Translations under genes and position numbers: made by a program
NCBI GenBank assembly: GCA_028534125.1
Contig: CM052817.1
Coordinates: 54,748,001 to 54,812,000, forward strand
Source: Lama glama
Taxonomy: Eukaryota
Reading direction: 5' to 3'
Length of the DNA stretch: 64,000 nucleotides
The notes under the pieces: model-generated
The model's database searches: none
Seen by the model: only the letters and a program-made list of their open reading frames with translations
Told to the model about the DNA's origin: nothing
Shown here: positions 37,486-51,023 of the stretch, piece after piece
Position numbering within the stretch: position 1 is the first letter of the stretch
How the letters are laid out: every line of letters starts with the position of its first letter

Positions 37486-39249
37486 AGAGGCCCTTTCCTT
37501 TATTTTTGCTTTTGCCAGAGGTGGCCTGGGCTCGCTTCTATACTTCATGGAGTTGGTCTTTTAGGGGTTGGTGAAAAATATGGAAAACAGGAAAGAGCTG
37601 GTGTTAAAAGCATTGCTGCTGTTACAGATCAGGTATGGAGCTGTCCAGAAAACTTTGGAAGGGAGCCCTGCTGGGGAATCTGAAGTATGTGTGTAATGAC
37701 ACTAGTGGAGATTCGGCAGGGTATACCCAGTGTCCAAATCAAAAAAAGGGAAGAGGAGGCCAAGCGTGAATGAAATCAGAGGTCTTTCATTTGGGACTCT
37801 AAGGATCCTCACAACTTTAAACAACTCATTACAGGAAGAAAAAAACGGAAATCGTGCCATGCCTACCATCTCTCCTATTTTTTCTTTAATGCTCACATTT
37901 GGAAATTTCGCTTGTCTAAATGTATATAATGCATCACAGTCATTCATCACGCCCATGTTGTGGCAAGTGGAAGCCATGAGGAGTTTATTAGGGTTTCCTG
38001 AGTGGGCTGTGGGAGGCCTTTTTCCTTCCGTTCTGTCCGTGTTTCCCCCAGCTTCTGGCACTCGTTAGTGATGTTTATACCTGGAATGGGTCAGATGAAC
38101 CTTGGTAATGGTTAGAATATCCCACTGGGAACGTATTTTGGTTTTATTCAATTCCTTGAGTCTCTGATTCTTCAGTTTCTAGAATTTGGGTCTGGAATGT
38201 GTTGGCTCTCTCTGGCAGAATGCAGGTTCCGATTTGTAATTGAGGGCTGGAAAAATATTCAGACATCTGCTGGGAGGTAGGAATAGAGCCAGGGCAACTG
38301 CTTGGAAGCATTTGACTTTCAACAACACAGCCCAGGCGTCTGTGCTTCCACATATGCAACTCTGAAAACAAAGGCAGAGATGGGAGGAGTGAGTGGCATG
38401 TGGCCTCTTATTTACCAGAAAGGGACTCTGCGATTTATTGGCATCTCCACAATGCTAGTTATGTGACTCTGTGGTTATATGCATGAAAGTGGGTATAAAA
38501 CTGAGCAAATGGGCAACAATGTGCAAAAATCCCACCATCTTTCAGATAGACCTTGGCTGGAATGAATGAAGTGGCCTCTTTATGAAACAGAACAAAAAAA
38601 AAATGGATTCAGAAAAGAATTCTTGCCAATGTGATACAAATGTATAAAATCTGAACTGAATGTCTGCTCTTTTATCATGCCATTCTAACATTTTAAAAGC
38701 CATAAGCACCATAGAAGTGTTACTGGCCGAGTTCTATCTGAAGGAAACTTTTCCTTGATCTTGCAGTCAAGTTGCATGTTTTAATTGAAATCAGACTTTA
38801 AATTTTAATATATACAGATTTACATTCTTAAATGAAAATGCCAGGATAATTTTTGATTGTGTCAGGCAGGAACTACGTGAATTAAGTTGTTAGTTCATTT
38901 CACTGATGGTAAGGAACAGATTTACTTCAGCCTAAAAAAAAGGATGTAAGTGGTGGAAATTTATGTTTTTAATGTTGGGAATAGAAATGGCTTTACAATC
39001 TATTCTTTTGGTTGCTTTTAAAAAGGTGAGAATTGGGATACTCAGTTCAAGTAATAATCCAACTAATGTGATTCCTGACTCACTGGCACTTCGCTGGCTT
39101 TAAAGTTACTGTTGCATACCGTTTGTCTCTTGGTCTGGAGAATAACACAAACTAAGGGAAAACCAACACTGAACAAGTAATCATGATAAAACAGAATTAT
39201 GCAGTCTCCGACAGAGGCATCAAATATGCATGTACGCACTGTCAGATGC

Positions 39250-39462
39250 TTGGGGTTCAACTTCACCTTTCAATGCTTACAAACGCTTTGATCTTCTGTT
39301 AGTTATTTGCCTCCTTGAGCCTCAATTTTGTCTCTCTCAAATGGAGGTAAAATTAATGCTTGCCTCTTGGGATTATTGTGACTTTCAAAGAAATCAATCC
39401 CTGTCATAGAGGTAACAGTGCCCAGCACATAGCAAGTCCTCAATATATATTTTACTATTATT
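39250..39462 (+). mobile_element. MIR SINE
   Basis: 'gagcctcaatttt', 'acagtgcccagcacatagcaagtcctcaata'. Confidence 0.8.
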
Positions 39463-39754
39463 AGCTTTGGTAATCAGTCTCAGAAATTGGAAAACATGTT
39501 ATAAACATCTTGTTTTCCCGTAATTTCCTGTACATAACAATCTCACTCATGCATATATCTTATTGGTTGACTTAATAACCGTGATAATGATGACTGTACA
39601 CATTCTAAATATTCATCTCCTCCATGCCTTTGAATAGTATCTGTGTGCTATTTATAACTCCAGGCTGTACATGTAACTCATATCTAACGTCAATGGCCTT
39701 AACTCCTCTTATAAGATCTCACTTAAATACTCAGCATTTTACTTGACCTAATTT

Positions 39755-40180
39755 TTAGCTAGGATTAGTTTGGCCACATGTGACAAATAACATACAAATG
39801 ACAGTGCTTGAGCAAGATCGAGTTCATTTTTTCCTCAAGTAAGAAAAGTCTGGAGGTAGGCTGTCTACTGCTGCTTATGATCAGGGACCCTTTTCTAGCT
39901 TTCTCCTTTCTCAAAGTGTTTTCTGCCATTATATTTGCATCCCAACCATCACGAAGGGTAAAGAGACAAAAAAGAAGGGTCAAAGCACCCTCTAGCTCTC
40001 TGGTGAGGAAGTTTCTCTTTTAGCTTCCTGAGAAGAATTCCTCTTACATCTTTTAGCCGTAACTTAGGCATGTAGCCACAAGTAGCCCCAAGAGAGGCTG
40101 GATAGTATGGTCTTCATCAGAAGCATCCATGTATCCAGCTAAGGGTGGGAGTCTAATACTAAGAGGGCAAAAGAAAAAAA
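39755..40180 (-). mobile_element. MLT1 (J/I-like) MaLR LTR
   Basis: 'aatgacagtgcttgagcaagat', 'aagtctggaggtaggctgtc', 'aacttaggcatgtagccaca'. Confidence 0.7.
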
Positions 40181-40229
40181 AAACGCTAGTGGAGAAGCAT
40201 CCATTCATCAGTCAGGCAATTTGGACAGG

Positions 40230-40640
40230 GCTGAAGCAGAGGGAAAGACTATGAACTCCACAGTGGACTGCTACCTACTGGTTAGGTGATTTTGAGTAAG
40301 ATGCTTCATTTCTCTAAGCTTTAATTTTCTCATCAGGAGCATAAGTCTGTTTCAGGAACAGATGAGTTACTGCACCTCAGCACTTAGAACAGTGCTGTGC
40401 ATGTGAAAAGTACTTATTTCAATGTATGGGAAGCCACTGTAGAAGACTGAAAAGGAGAATGCTCTCATCCTAACAAAGTATTAAAATGATCACTCTGGGA
40501 AATGATATAGAAGAAAGAGAAGTGTAGATGTAGGGGAAGGAGTGAGAAGACCACAGCTGTAGAGGTAGTGATAAGCGAGCATGATGGTGCCAGTGGAGTT
40601 GTGAGGAGGGGTTGTATTTAGACATATTTTGATGGGTTAG
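40230..40640. mobile_element. MIR (+) followed by L2 (-) fragment
   Basis: 'ggtgattttgagtaag...cacttagaacagtgc' then 'gggaagccactgtagaag'. Confidence 0.65.
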
Positions 40641-41199
40641 GAAATAAGAGTTAAAAATGATCATTTATCCTTTTTATCACTATGCTTTTAAAACCATTAC
40701 CTCCCCTCACTCACAGTAAGTACCAGCACAATGTCTTGCACTTGATAAGAGCTACACAAATGCTATCGTCAATTCAGTTGGAAAGTTAGCTGCCCCCAGT
40801 TATCTTGGGGATCTCACACTCATTCTCAGACTCATATGGACTTATGCAATGATTATAAAGTTATAATCATATAAATATTTTGAAAGATATCCTGATTACT
40901 ATGTAAAGAAATTATACAATTTCAGTGAGTTGAATTTTAAATAATAACCTAACTCCTACTACTAAGAGCTTAAAACCACTGTTACTGTTTTTGCTTCTGT
41001 ACCATGCTTTTAATTCAAAGACATCACAAATAGATGATGTTACTGTTAAGTTTTATCAGTATGGTGGAGTGAAAAGAATAGGACTTTTTAAACAGTCTGA
41101 CTGAGGTTCAAATGCCAGCTCAAATATTTGGTTTTCTGAGTTTCTTTATTATTTGACTGTTTGTCCCAACAATTTTTCCAGTTCCGGGCTCTGTACAGC

Positions 41200-42480
41200 A
41201 CATTTTCTTAGATCTCATTTGTCAGGGATTTGGTGTTGATGTTGTTGTTATGCCATCCATTTAAGTTATAATTAAGCTAGAAATCAAATTGCTGGCTCAA
41301 TATCCTTTAAAAAATATTTTAGAAGTATTATACTATCTTCCTGTATCCACTGACTTCTGGCATTTTTTGATGCTTGTACCTCTGTAGATGATTTTTCTTC
41401 TATAGAGTTATAGAATTTTCTTTTGTCTTTGGTGTTTTGACATTTCATCTTGTCAGTGTATAGATCATTTAAACTTGGGATTTGCTATCTTTGGTCTGAC
41501 TGTTCTTATGCTTTTTATCTTCCGGGAGTGAGATTATCTGATGTTGGCATATCTAGCTCCCTCTCTCTGTCTCTATATCTCTTTACTGCTTTCTTATAAC
41601 TTTGGGAGGGTTCATGCAGCTGATCTTCTGACTCACTAAGGCATTCTTCAGCAGGCTCCAATAAAGGCTCCATTATTGTTTTAAATTATTTGTGTGTCCA
41701 TTTCAGTAGCTCTACTTTGAATGATATGCTCTCCAGTAAGTTATTTTATGTTTACTGTAGTTACACACCTCAGGTCTGACTTCATGCTCCCCTAGGGAGT
41801 AGTAGCAGCTGTGTGGTCTGGATTGTGTATGGAAAGGGCTACAGACAGGCATTAAACAGTCTGTGTTGGGCTCACGGAGTTTAGATGAAGTGAACATTGA
41901 GTGCTGGGGTGAATGACTCCATAGCCATAACACGCCAAGAACTTTCTTGGGTGAGGTTGTCATTACAAACCCTTAAAGAGAAGCAGCTTTGTGAGAGCCA
42001 TTGACTCCGGGCTGTAATCCAACCATACTGGGTATTTGAAGGGGATGAAGTGGAGGAGTGGATTCTCATAGTTCTCTTGTCAACCCTCTTCTGTTTCCCT
42101 CACCTCCTTATTTCAGCAGGGAGCAGGGCTTTTGCTCACCTGATAATTATCCTGTGGACTTCTGTGCTTCTATCTGGATTGCTCTGGGGATGGGCTCAGG
42201 ATAGTTTTCTCAATTCTGCACTGGGGGAGAGGCAAAAACAGAATGTAAACCTGACTGTACTTGTGCCCAGGTTGGCACACTGATCCTCATTTTTCCTGCC
42301 TCTAGGACGCAGCAGTTCACGAAAATGGTCTGTCTTTCCAGGGGGTAACCATTTTTATTGTTGCCATGGATTTTTTGTTGTTGTCATTTTAAACTTTAAT
42401 TCCTAGTTTAAGCCCATCTTCTTTGGCATCTATACCTTCTGGAGACAGATTTCATAAGAGGAAACAAGTCGTTCAGGCCA
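41200..42480 (-). mobile_element. Very old L1-like fragment (highly diverged)
   Basis: T-rich strand with 'tagaattttcttttgtctttggtgttttgacatttc'; family uncertain. Confidence 0.4.
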
Positions 42481-43167
42481 GTTCATTATGTTGTATGATC
42501 CTTTACTTTTTAAACATTGGATTGCACAGGCCTTTGAAAATCTTCAGGGAACACATTCTAAATTGAACATATCTACTTATAACAATGTGATCTTTCTTTT
42601 TCACATGTTTTGGCTTTGGTGTTTTGTTTTTTTTTCAGTTTTGCTTTAAGCAACATTCAACCCCTCTTCAACATTTTCTCTCACTTTTTTCTAGTCGTTG
42701 GACAATAAGTGTGCAATATTTGCTTGTAAAACTGTCCACACCTATGTACTTAAAAAGTAAATTAACTTTCTAAAATATAAGCTCTATTTCTATTGTCACA
42801 CTTGTGAGATAATAAAACAGTAGGCCTAAAATGTGATGCACTGTAGTTATATTTTAGTCATCTTTATTGCCATGGCCTTGCAAAAACAAATACTTCACCA
42901 ACAAATAACGCAGACAAAATAGGTTTGGCTACAGAAATATTGCAAATAAAGTTGGGGGAAGTGACAGCTTTCTGCTCTTTCAAATATTGTAGGAACAATT
43001 GCTGTGAAAAGGCATTGTTTGTTTTCTACCTATCCATTTATTTTTCATCTTTCTCGAATTTGTTGAAATGTGTTTTTGTTTGATTATGAAATGGTACATA
43101 TTTCAGTGACCTAAGTACAATATCGGATACCAGGTACTTAAAGATTCATTTAATGCTCGGCTTTTTT

Positions 43168-43192
43168 GCTTTGTTTTGTTTTGTTTTGTTTT
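43168..43192. repeat. (GTTTT)n microsatellite
   Basis: Pentanucleotide run. Confidence 0.85.
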
Positions 43193-45074
43193 AGGAGTCC
43201 AAAGCCAATTATAATTATGATATATTCCTTAATGTGCTTATCTAGATGAAGCTAATGGACATGATTCATTGGAATTTAGAGAAGCACATTAATCGTGGGG
43301 ATTTCTTAATAATCAAGAAACATTATAGCCTCTATTAGAAGGAGGGAGGTTGAAGGAGGGAAACAAATACGTGCCAGCTTTCTAGGCTAGTTCCCTACTC
43401 TACTGTGTAATTTGGAGGTTAACCTGGCACATTCCGCAGTTGTTTAAAACACATTTATTGAATGTTTTACAATTGTGTGTTTTCCCTGTTTGCTTGGGTA
43501 GGTGACCTTTGGTTCAGCTTCTGTGTATGTACACAATTTAATTGAAGCTTTTAGAGAGTTCTAAGGAAATGGAATTAGTTTTCAAGATGTTGTCTCAGAG
43601 AAATCTAGCCAGGAGGCGTGAAGGTTCTCGGGTTAAATAGCTGCCTATGTAATGGTAGGACTATATCATTTATTTTCTCTACTCTATTTTTTTTTCATTT
43701 CTCTCTCGCCATGTGTTGTATTTTTTTCTTGTTGGTAAGCATGTATAGTGAGATAACTAGAAACCAGGATTAAAAGAACAGATTACACAGGATGTAACAT
43801 GACCTTAAATCAGCTTCAGTATATATGTGTGTTAAGGAAAAGAGACTGATTTTATATATTATGAATAATACAACCACAAGTTTTGATATAATCAAATGAG
43901 ACTGGTTTCAAAAAGTCACACTCAAAAATTATATTTAGGAATTATTTCCAAAACCAATGCTATTTTAAAAAAATCCTTTTTTAGGGGAAAACTCATGTTT
44001 AATATGGACTGGAATGTTTTTTAAATGCAGAAGTTATACACAACCAAGTCTAATAAATAACATAATTAAACATTATATTATCATTGCTAATATTTTATAT
44101 GGTTGGTAAAAAAAATGAAACTTCACTTAGAGAAAAGAGAATAATTTTTGTAGGCTCTCAACTGAGACAGCAGTTTCTGAAAGTTCCAGATGTGATCAAA
44201 CAGAAACAGCATCATTAAAATAATGTGTACACTTCAAAGGGGAAAATTGTTAGAGCACTTATTTGTGTATTTAAGTACCACTCTGTTTGTAAATAAAGCA
44301 GACTCATCCTTACAGAGCCACATTTTGTGCACATGTGCAGTGAATGCAAGATACTCCCTATCAGTTTCATATGTTGAGAGAAGAGATTGAAAGAAGAAAA
44401 TGAAAGGAGAGTTAAGTCTTATTTATGTGAAACAAAGCTCAGCTGGGCCGAAAACTGTGCCGTGAGGAAATAATCTTCAGGCGACAATGAAGTATTACCA
44501 ACGATCACACCCGATGCATTGAGTTTGCCTGTTGTTCCATGACGAAAGAAGTTCTCTATTTTGACTCATCGTGTCTATCAGCTCTTTCTTATTAGAGTCC
44601 AGAAACATGGAGAGATGAGTAAAGGTAGCTGCCAAAAGAAAAGAAAGCAAATGCAGTCGAATCTGTTCAAATTGTATCCATATGCAGAATTTGGATATAA
44701 ATTCTAAAGGAAATCTCTTAACTATGGACTGGTCCAAGGATTCCATTGTTTGGTAATGTAAAAAATGAGTAAGGTGCCATCCCCACTCCTAGATGCTTGC
44801 TATTAATATGCAAATATTAGATCACTATGTTGTACACTTGGAACTATCATAATATATGTCAATTATATTTCATTTAAAAAATGCCATTTGAGAGTATATG
44901 TATAATTCACCCTGCTGGACAATTTAGGATACATTAAAAATCAATAGATAAACAGATTATTTTATCAATAAGCTAACAATAAATTAATATAACTCTTTTC
45001 TTCTCTTCATATAAAAATTCTAATCATCTCTTTTATGCATATTTGTTTACTCTCAATTTAAGGAAACAAAATAT

Positions 45075-45280
45075 TATTAACCTTTGTTGAGTATATACTA
45101 TGAGGTAAGTGCCTTTGTATATTATATATGTTATCTGATTTTACTTACTGACAATCCTGTAGAGGGTTTTAATAACTACTTTTACATTAAAAAAAGGAAA
45201 TTCAGGGAAGTTAGAGCTAGGAAGTGGAGGAGCTGAGAGCAGAACTCACATTTCTGATATCAAAACAAATACAGATTTCA
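45075..45280 (-). mobile_element. MIR SINE
   Basis: 'tttgttgagtatatactatg', 'acaatcctgtag', 'agctaggaagtggaggagctg'. Confidence 0.75.
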
Positions 45281-45927
45281 ACACAACAAAGTACGTGAAA
45301 CATTCCTTGGAGGAAAAAAAAAAGAATTAAAACTCTTACAAACAATAGGCTCATATAATTTGGTTCCTCTGCTTTCAAAAGGCAAAGGGAATGTTAAATC
45401 TTAAGCATATGTACCTTTTATAGATGAGAATCGGAGGTGTTGGGAAAGAGTCCTTATTCTATGATGCAAGATAATTCCTGGCAGCACAGCTGAGGCCCTG
45501 TTGTCTGCAGAGGAGCAAGGCAGGCAATCCTGGGACCTGAACTGAGATTTATACAAGGGAGTGGCACAGAGGCCACAGAAGTCGGGGCAAGTGTAAAGAA
45601 CTGGAATAAAGTAGAAAAAATATAGTTCTGGGGAGCAGAGCAAAAGACAAAGTCCAGATGGCTCTAAGCACAGGAGATTGTCAAGACCTGGGCTGAGCTG
45701 AAGAGAGCAGCTGATTAAGGCCAAAGGAGGGCAGCAGTCACATCTTTAATCACTTACTCTGATGGTCTAAGCAACAGGCTAAACAAGGAGAGAGTGCTGG
45801 CACTCCCACTGCCTCATTTTCCCCTATGGAAGATCACCACGTGGGGATCAGCGCCCATGTGGGAGGTCTTAACCCCAGAGGAGCGCTGAACAAAAGGCTC
45901 CTGCATGTGATGGACCTGTATGCTTAG

Positions 45928-46010
45928 CAGAGGGAGAGGGAGAGGGAAAGTGAGGAGAGAGAGAAAGAGAAAGGGGGGGTGGGGGGGAGAGAGAGAAAGA
46001 GAGAGGAGGA
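45928..46010. repeat. GA-rich polypurine tract with G-runs
   Basis: 'gagggagagggagagggaaag...gggggggtggggggagagagag'. Confidence 0.85.
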
Positions 46011-46032
46011 CGAACAGTGGAAAAATACTAAG

Positions 46033-46310
46033 TGCTGAGTCAGAGTGGGGAAAAATGTCTTCAAGCTTTCCTCCCCCCATAAACTGAGGCACCTGGGGGA
46101 GGCATCGGCTGAAGGTGCCCTATAAAGAGGCCATGCGGTCCAGGAAGGCAGTGATGCAGGAGAACATGGCTGACCATGGAGGCTGCTGTTACTCCCTATG
46201 CACCAGTTGTGTGTGGGGAGGGCAGCTCAGCCTTTGAAGTTACCTATCATCTGACCTGAAAACGCCCACTTAGGATCTTTGCTTGAAGCTGGACTTCTCT
46301 GAGGTAAGAG
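46033..46310 (+). promoter_or_regulatory. Candidate TATA promoter and non-coding first exon
   Basis: TGCTGAGTCA at 46033-46042, TATAAAG at 46121-46127, donor GAG|GTAAGA after 46303; motif evidence only. Confidence 0.25.
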
Positions 46311-47089
46311 GGGTGCAGTGTTCCTCTCAGAGGCACAGTGATGTAGCAGGATAACTGGGAGTCGACACTGCTTTTAAAGAGAAGTGGAGCGTTAATAGGC
46401 CTCAGGGAAATCTATCCACAGAGAGTGGTACACTCACCCACTGATCTCTGACTTTGAAGGACCAGAATTATTAGATCAAAAAATATTTTGAGGCATTATA
46501 GTATATGTTTTCCCTTTTTCATTTATTTAGAAGATGGATGGGGAAGGAGGGAAAGATAGAAGTGTTTGTGGCTTTTGTTTTCTCTAAAAAATTAAATTCC
46601 AAACTAAGAAGAGCATTTAAAACTCACGTGATAAGGGGAAAATGTTAGTTTTCTTGTCTAAAAGGAAATTAGTCTGGTCAGTGGGAAAACAGAAGGGAGA
46701 GTACTTGGAAATATTTGTTTTGGGTCCTAGAATGGAGAGGTAGCAACGCCCAAGAGAGGGTTGGTGGCAGGTGACATCTCAGCAGAGAGAATCCATGATT
46801 CCCCAGCCGCAAGTAGCACAGAAGATAAAGGCAGTTCACAGAGTTGGCTGATGAGCATCTTATTTCCCCAGCCTCCTCCCTAACCAAGAACTTGCCACCA
46901 GAGAGGTCTCCGGGTCCCAGCATAACTCTGGTGTAGGGCTGAGCACTGAGGGTAAGTGCTTAGCAGCCTGAGCAGAATAGGTTTGGAGTAGGTAATTAAG
47001 CTGGAGTTGGAGAAAATTCAGTTCTAATGTGAGCTGAGATTCACATGTGCTGCTGTGATACTGGCAGGGACTAGTAATTAGCCCTTCAC

Positions 47090-47320
47090 TTCAATGAGCA
47101 TTTATTGTGTGCCTATTGTTTTAAGTGTTTTAAATATTGTGTTAGATCTGATGCTCATGAAAATCATGTGATACAGATATTGCTAATATCCACTTCTTGC
47201 AGATGAGCACATTGAATCTGGAGCATATAAAGTAATACTCTCATACTTCGAAAAGTGGGTAAGTGGCTGACCTCAGACATAAATATAAGAATGTACCTCT
47301 AGAGATTTTGCTGTTCACAT
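47090..47320 (-). mobile_element. MIR SINE
   Basis: 'gcatttattgtgtgcctatt', 'ttgcagatgagcacattga', 'gtaagtggctga'. Confidence 0.75.
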
Positions 47321-47679
47321 TCACAATGATGTGAAGAAATTAGGTGAAAAATAGGACTGTTTTTTACCAATAAAAAAGACAAACGTTTACTCTATCTTGG
47401 ATGAAAATTAGAGACAAATTTTCAGTCATTGTTCCTTGGTGCTGTATCTCAGATCTCACTGTTGAAGTTTGGTTTGGCCTAGAGTTGAAGGTTGTGCTGG
47501 ATCTTGCACGTGAAAGTCAGATAACCTGGTTGAGGTAGAAGAGTTTTGTGATGGATCTGGCTTAGAGACCACATCTATCTTGTCATCACTTAATCAGTGT
47601 ATTTCCACTGCAAACACAGTGCCTAAAGTGGTGAGGGGGGGAAAAAAAGTAGTGAATATTTAATGTGAATTGAATAAAT

Positions 47680-47820
47680 AAACTGATCTTGGGCAATCTG
47701 CTTTTCTCTAAAGCCCTCAGTTTTCTTATCTGTAAAGTGGAAAATAAAAATGTCTATAATGCAAGGTTTTTTTTTTTGATGAGATGATATAAAGGGAGTT
47801 TTGTAAAATTGCAAGAGCTA
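47680..47820 (+). mobile_element. MIR core
   Basis: 'gatcttgggcaa...cctcagttttcttatctgtaaagtgg'. Confidence 0.8.
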
Positions 47821-50514
47821 TAAAAATATAAGATACTTCTCTTGTAACCATTTCACAAGATAAAATTCTACAGATATAGGAATTTGAACTTTGAATCATA
47901 TGTAATCCAGCACTTGCCAAAATCTCTGTGCAAACATCTGGCGTCTAAAAAAGTGTCTAAAGAGCAGGGCAACTATGTCATCCTCTTTTAGAGAGCAGGC
48001 TTTCTAAACACATCCTTTATATTAATTTAGAGCATGATAATTAAAATACCTGAATGATATTTTAGTTGTTCATACAAAGGCCTTTTTTAATATTATCATT
48101 TAGTTTCACTTCCTGGACTTTGTCTTCCAAGGCTTATTATAAGACATGGCCTTTTGAAGAGTGTTTCTGTATCTTTAACAATATCAAATCTGAAAACTGT
48201 TCATTATGATAACCTTATACTGGGAAGCAACGTGTGGGGGCTGCCCAGACTTTAGCCCAAAGAATATGCTTGCTACAAAATGCACTTTGACGTTTCCATT
48301 TGTTCAACAAAGAAATCTATATTTTCTGTGTTTCCCTTATTTCCTTGGTTGCCAGGAAAAAGTAAGAGCTAAATCCAAAGCTTACTTCTAATAAGTAGTT
48401 TATCCCACATCCCTGATTAAGTTTTGTACTGTAATTGTCATACACACAGTTTGTAGTATATCTTAGACTCTTGCTGTTAAACAGACAAAAATCATTACTG
48501 TTAATTATTGTTTTTACATATGCTTATTTTCCTTATAACTTTCACAGTCTTTAAGTTGTTCATACAAAATACTCAAGTCCTAGCAGACAGTAAAGTTAAA
48601 GCAAAAGGCTATGCATTCCCCTCCCAGTCAGGTGTCGGCTCTTACTACCTTGTTTCATTTTTCACATTAACGAGTTTAAGAGAAGGATTGTGGTGACCTG
48701 TTTGTCATGTGATATTGGGAAAGATAATTTTCTAAATTATAACACTCTCGAGCACAAGGAGACTTAAATTCTAGGAGCAATATAAATAATACATTATATT
48801 ACAGTCCCAGTTGATTTCCATTGACACAGAAAATAGTATACATAAGAGTTTAAAATTATCATTACTTTGAGAGGAGAGGATTAAAATAAGTATAATGCTA
48901 CAGTTGGCATTTCAGGGCCAGACAAAGCTATTAATATGCTTGCAGAAATTATAATCATGCTTTAGAAACAGATGCTAGAAATTGCAAAGCCCAAGTGATT
49001 GACGAACATGCACAGTAACAATAAGACAATATGTAAGGATACTTTTTGCTAAATGAGGATGGGGGGGGTCCAGGTTAGAGGATCCTTTCAAGTGACTATA
49101 CTTAGTTGAAATTCTCCTTCATTTTGATTAACTACTAAACAAGCAAAAAGTAAGAGATCAACATTCAAGTGTGGGCCAGCTCTGTGGCCTGCCTTCTTCC
49201 TCCTGAGGCACACTCCAAGCTCAGTGGTCACTTCTGCTCCTACAGAGTAAGGAATCTCTCCTGTTAAAGCAGACCGTGATAACAGGCTGCTGCTTTTTTT
49301 TTTTTTTTAATTCTTCTTGAAACCATTAGCCTGGGGACAGATCCAAATTATAATTAAGGGTCTCCCCTGTTTTCTAGTAAGTTCATTCTGACATTTTTAC
49401 TTTGCCAGTGTTATCTAGCTCTGTATTGTTTCTTAATGCTATCATCTGGCCTAAGGTACGATGGTCCATAGCCTACTATAAATATGAGAATGAAAAAAAA
49501 AAAAAAACAAAGGAAACCCTGTTGGATAGAGCTGTAAATATGCTATTATCTAGGTATTTATTTTCTGGGGTTTCTCCACCCAGAACAGCAACAAAACTTG
49601 CTGGAGCAATGTAATCCATTGGTAGAGATGAATAAATTTCTCTAAGGTTGGGGGGAATAAAAACCACTAGATAAATATTTTTCTTGTGACAAAAGACTAT
49701 TGAAGTTTATTTTTCATTTAAAATACTTAGAATGGAATACTTTCAGTTGTAAAAATGAATTGTACAAAAATGTGATTTTTATTTTCTCTGAGATTCACTG
49801 TAGGACCTTAGACAACTTCTTAATTTTATTTTTTAAGATCCTTTTGATGCTTGTTACTATAAGAAATTGTAATCATAAATACCAGTAGATATTATGTTTA
49901 TGACTCACAGCATGGTTTATAATAGATATTATTTATTGACAAGATACAAGACTTAGAGGCCTATGAAATACTACCTGGCACAAAAAATATAATCAAATGA
50001 ACAATAATTTGGCTATTTTTCTTAAGTTAGTTAAATTATGGACTCATCATTTTCTAATATTTTATCTGAATACAAAAAGTTAAAATCATTTTAAATTACA
50101 AAGCTCTGTAAATGTTAACTTTTTTGTACTGTTATATTCTATTACAACAAACTTTCTAAGATAGCCAGTTCACTTTTTATAATGGTTATTGTTTAAACTT
50201 GATGTGATTCTATAAACCGCATTTGCTTTCTGAGGTCTTAGAACTATATACAGAAATTATGATCAGATTTAGTAGTGGGTCAGTGAAAAATAACAATTAA
50301 AATGTTCACTTATCATAGTTTTTCTGGTTTCTGAACTTTTGCTTTGTGTCGTTGGGCTTCTTGGATGCTTTGATAGATTTGGATAGATTTTGGATAGAAT
50401 TTTTTTTGGTGACTGAGATTTTAAAAAATACATAGCATATGGAAGAATAAAGGAAGTTAAAGGTTAATTACTTCTTGGTGGCAATAAACAAGATACAACT
50501 TGTTAATTTGCAGC

Positions 50515-51023
50515 TGTACGTTGCACCACTGTCTTTTCTACCTGTCCATAATACAAAGAGCAAACAACCCAAACAACCCCCATTTCATTTGTTCACAATC
50601 CTCTAGGTCAGCTTCTAGGTGATTCCGCAGGTCTGGGTTAGCATAGTTGATTTCCTATGGTGGCTTAACTGGGGATGATTCTTTCACTTTGGCAGTGGGC
50701 AGGTGAAAGGAGCCTGAACTGGTATGGCTTGTTTCTGCTTCATGGGGTTCCTTGTGATTAATTAAAGCTAACCTGGGCTTTTTCACATGGTGATGAAAAG
50801 GCTCCCAAGAACAAGAAGGAACAAGCCACAATTTAAAAGTAATTTTCCAGCCTCTTCTTACATCCTGCTTGCTAATATCCAATTAGTTAAAGTAAGTCAC
50901 ATGTCTAAATGCAGATGAAACAGGTGGAGAGATGACGTTTACCTCTTGATAGAAAAGTCACATTGTAAAGATGCATGCTTAGAAGAATTTGTGACCATTT
51001 TTTTTTTTTGCAATCTAACAACA
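50515..51023 (-). mobile_element. MLT1 (F/G/H-like) MaLR LTR
   Basis: 'ctgggctttttcacatggtg', 'tgctaatatccaatt...aaagtaagtcacatg', ends 'ttttgcaatctaacaaca'. Confidence 0.8.

Noticed and set aside
37702..38068. Overlapping 119-aa and 112-aa ORFs on opposite strands
   Set aside because: No recognisable protein; the end overlaps an L2-like 3' remnant; ORFs of this size occur by chance in 64 kb.
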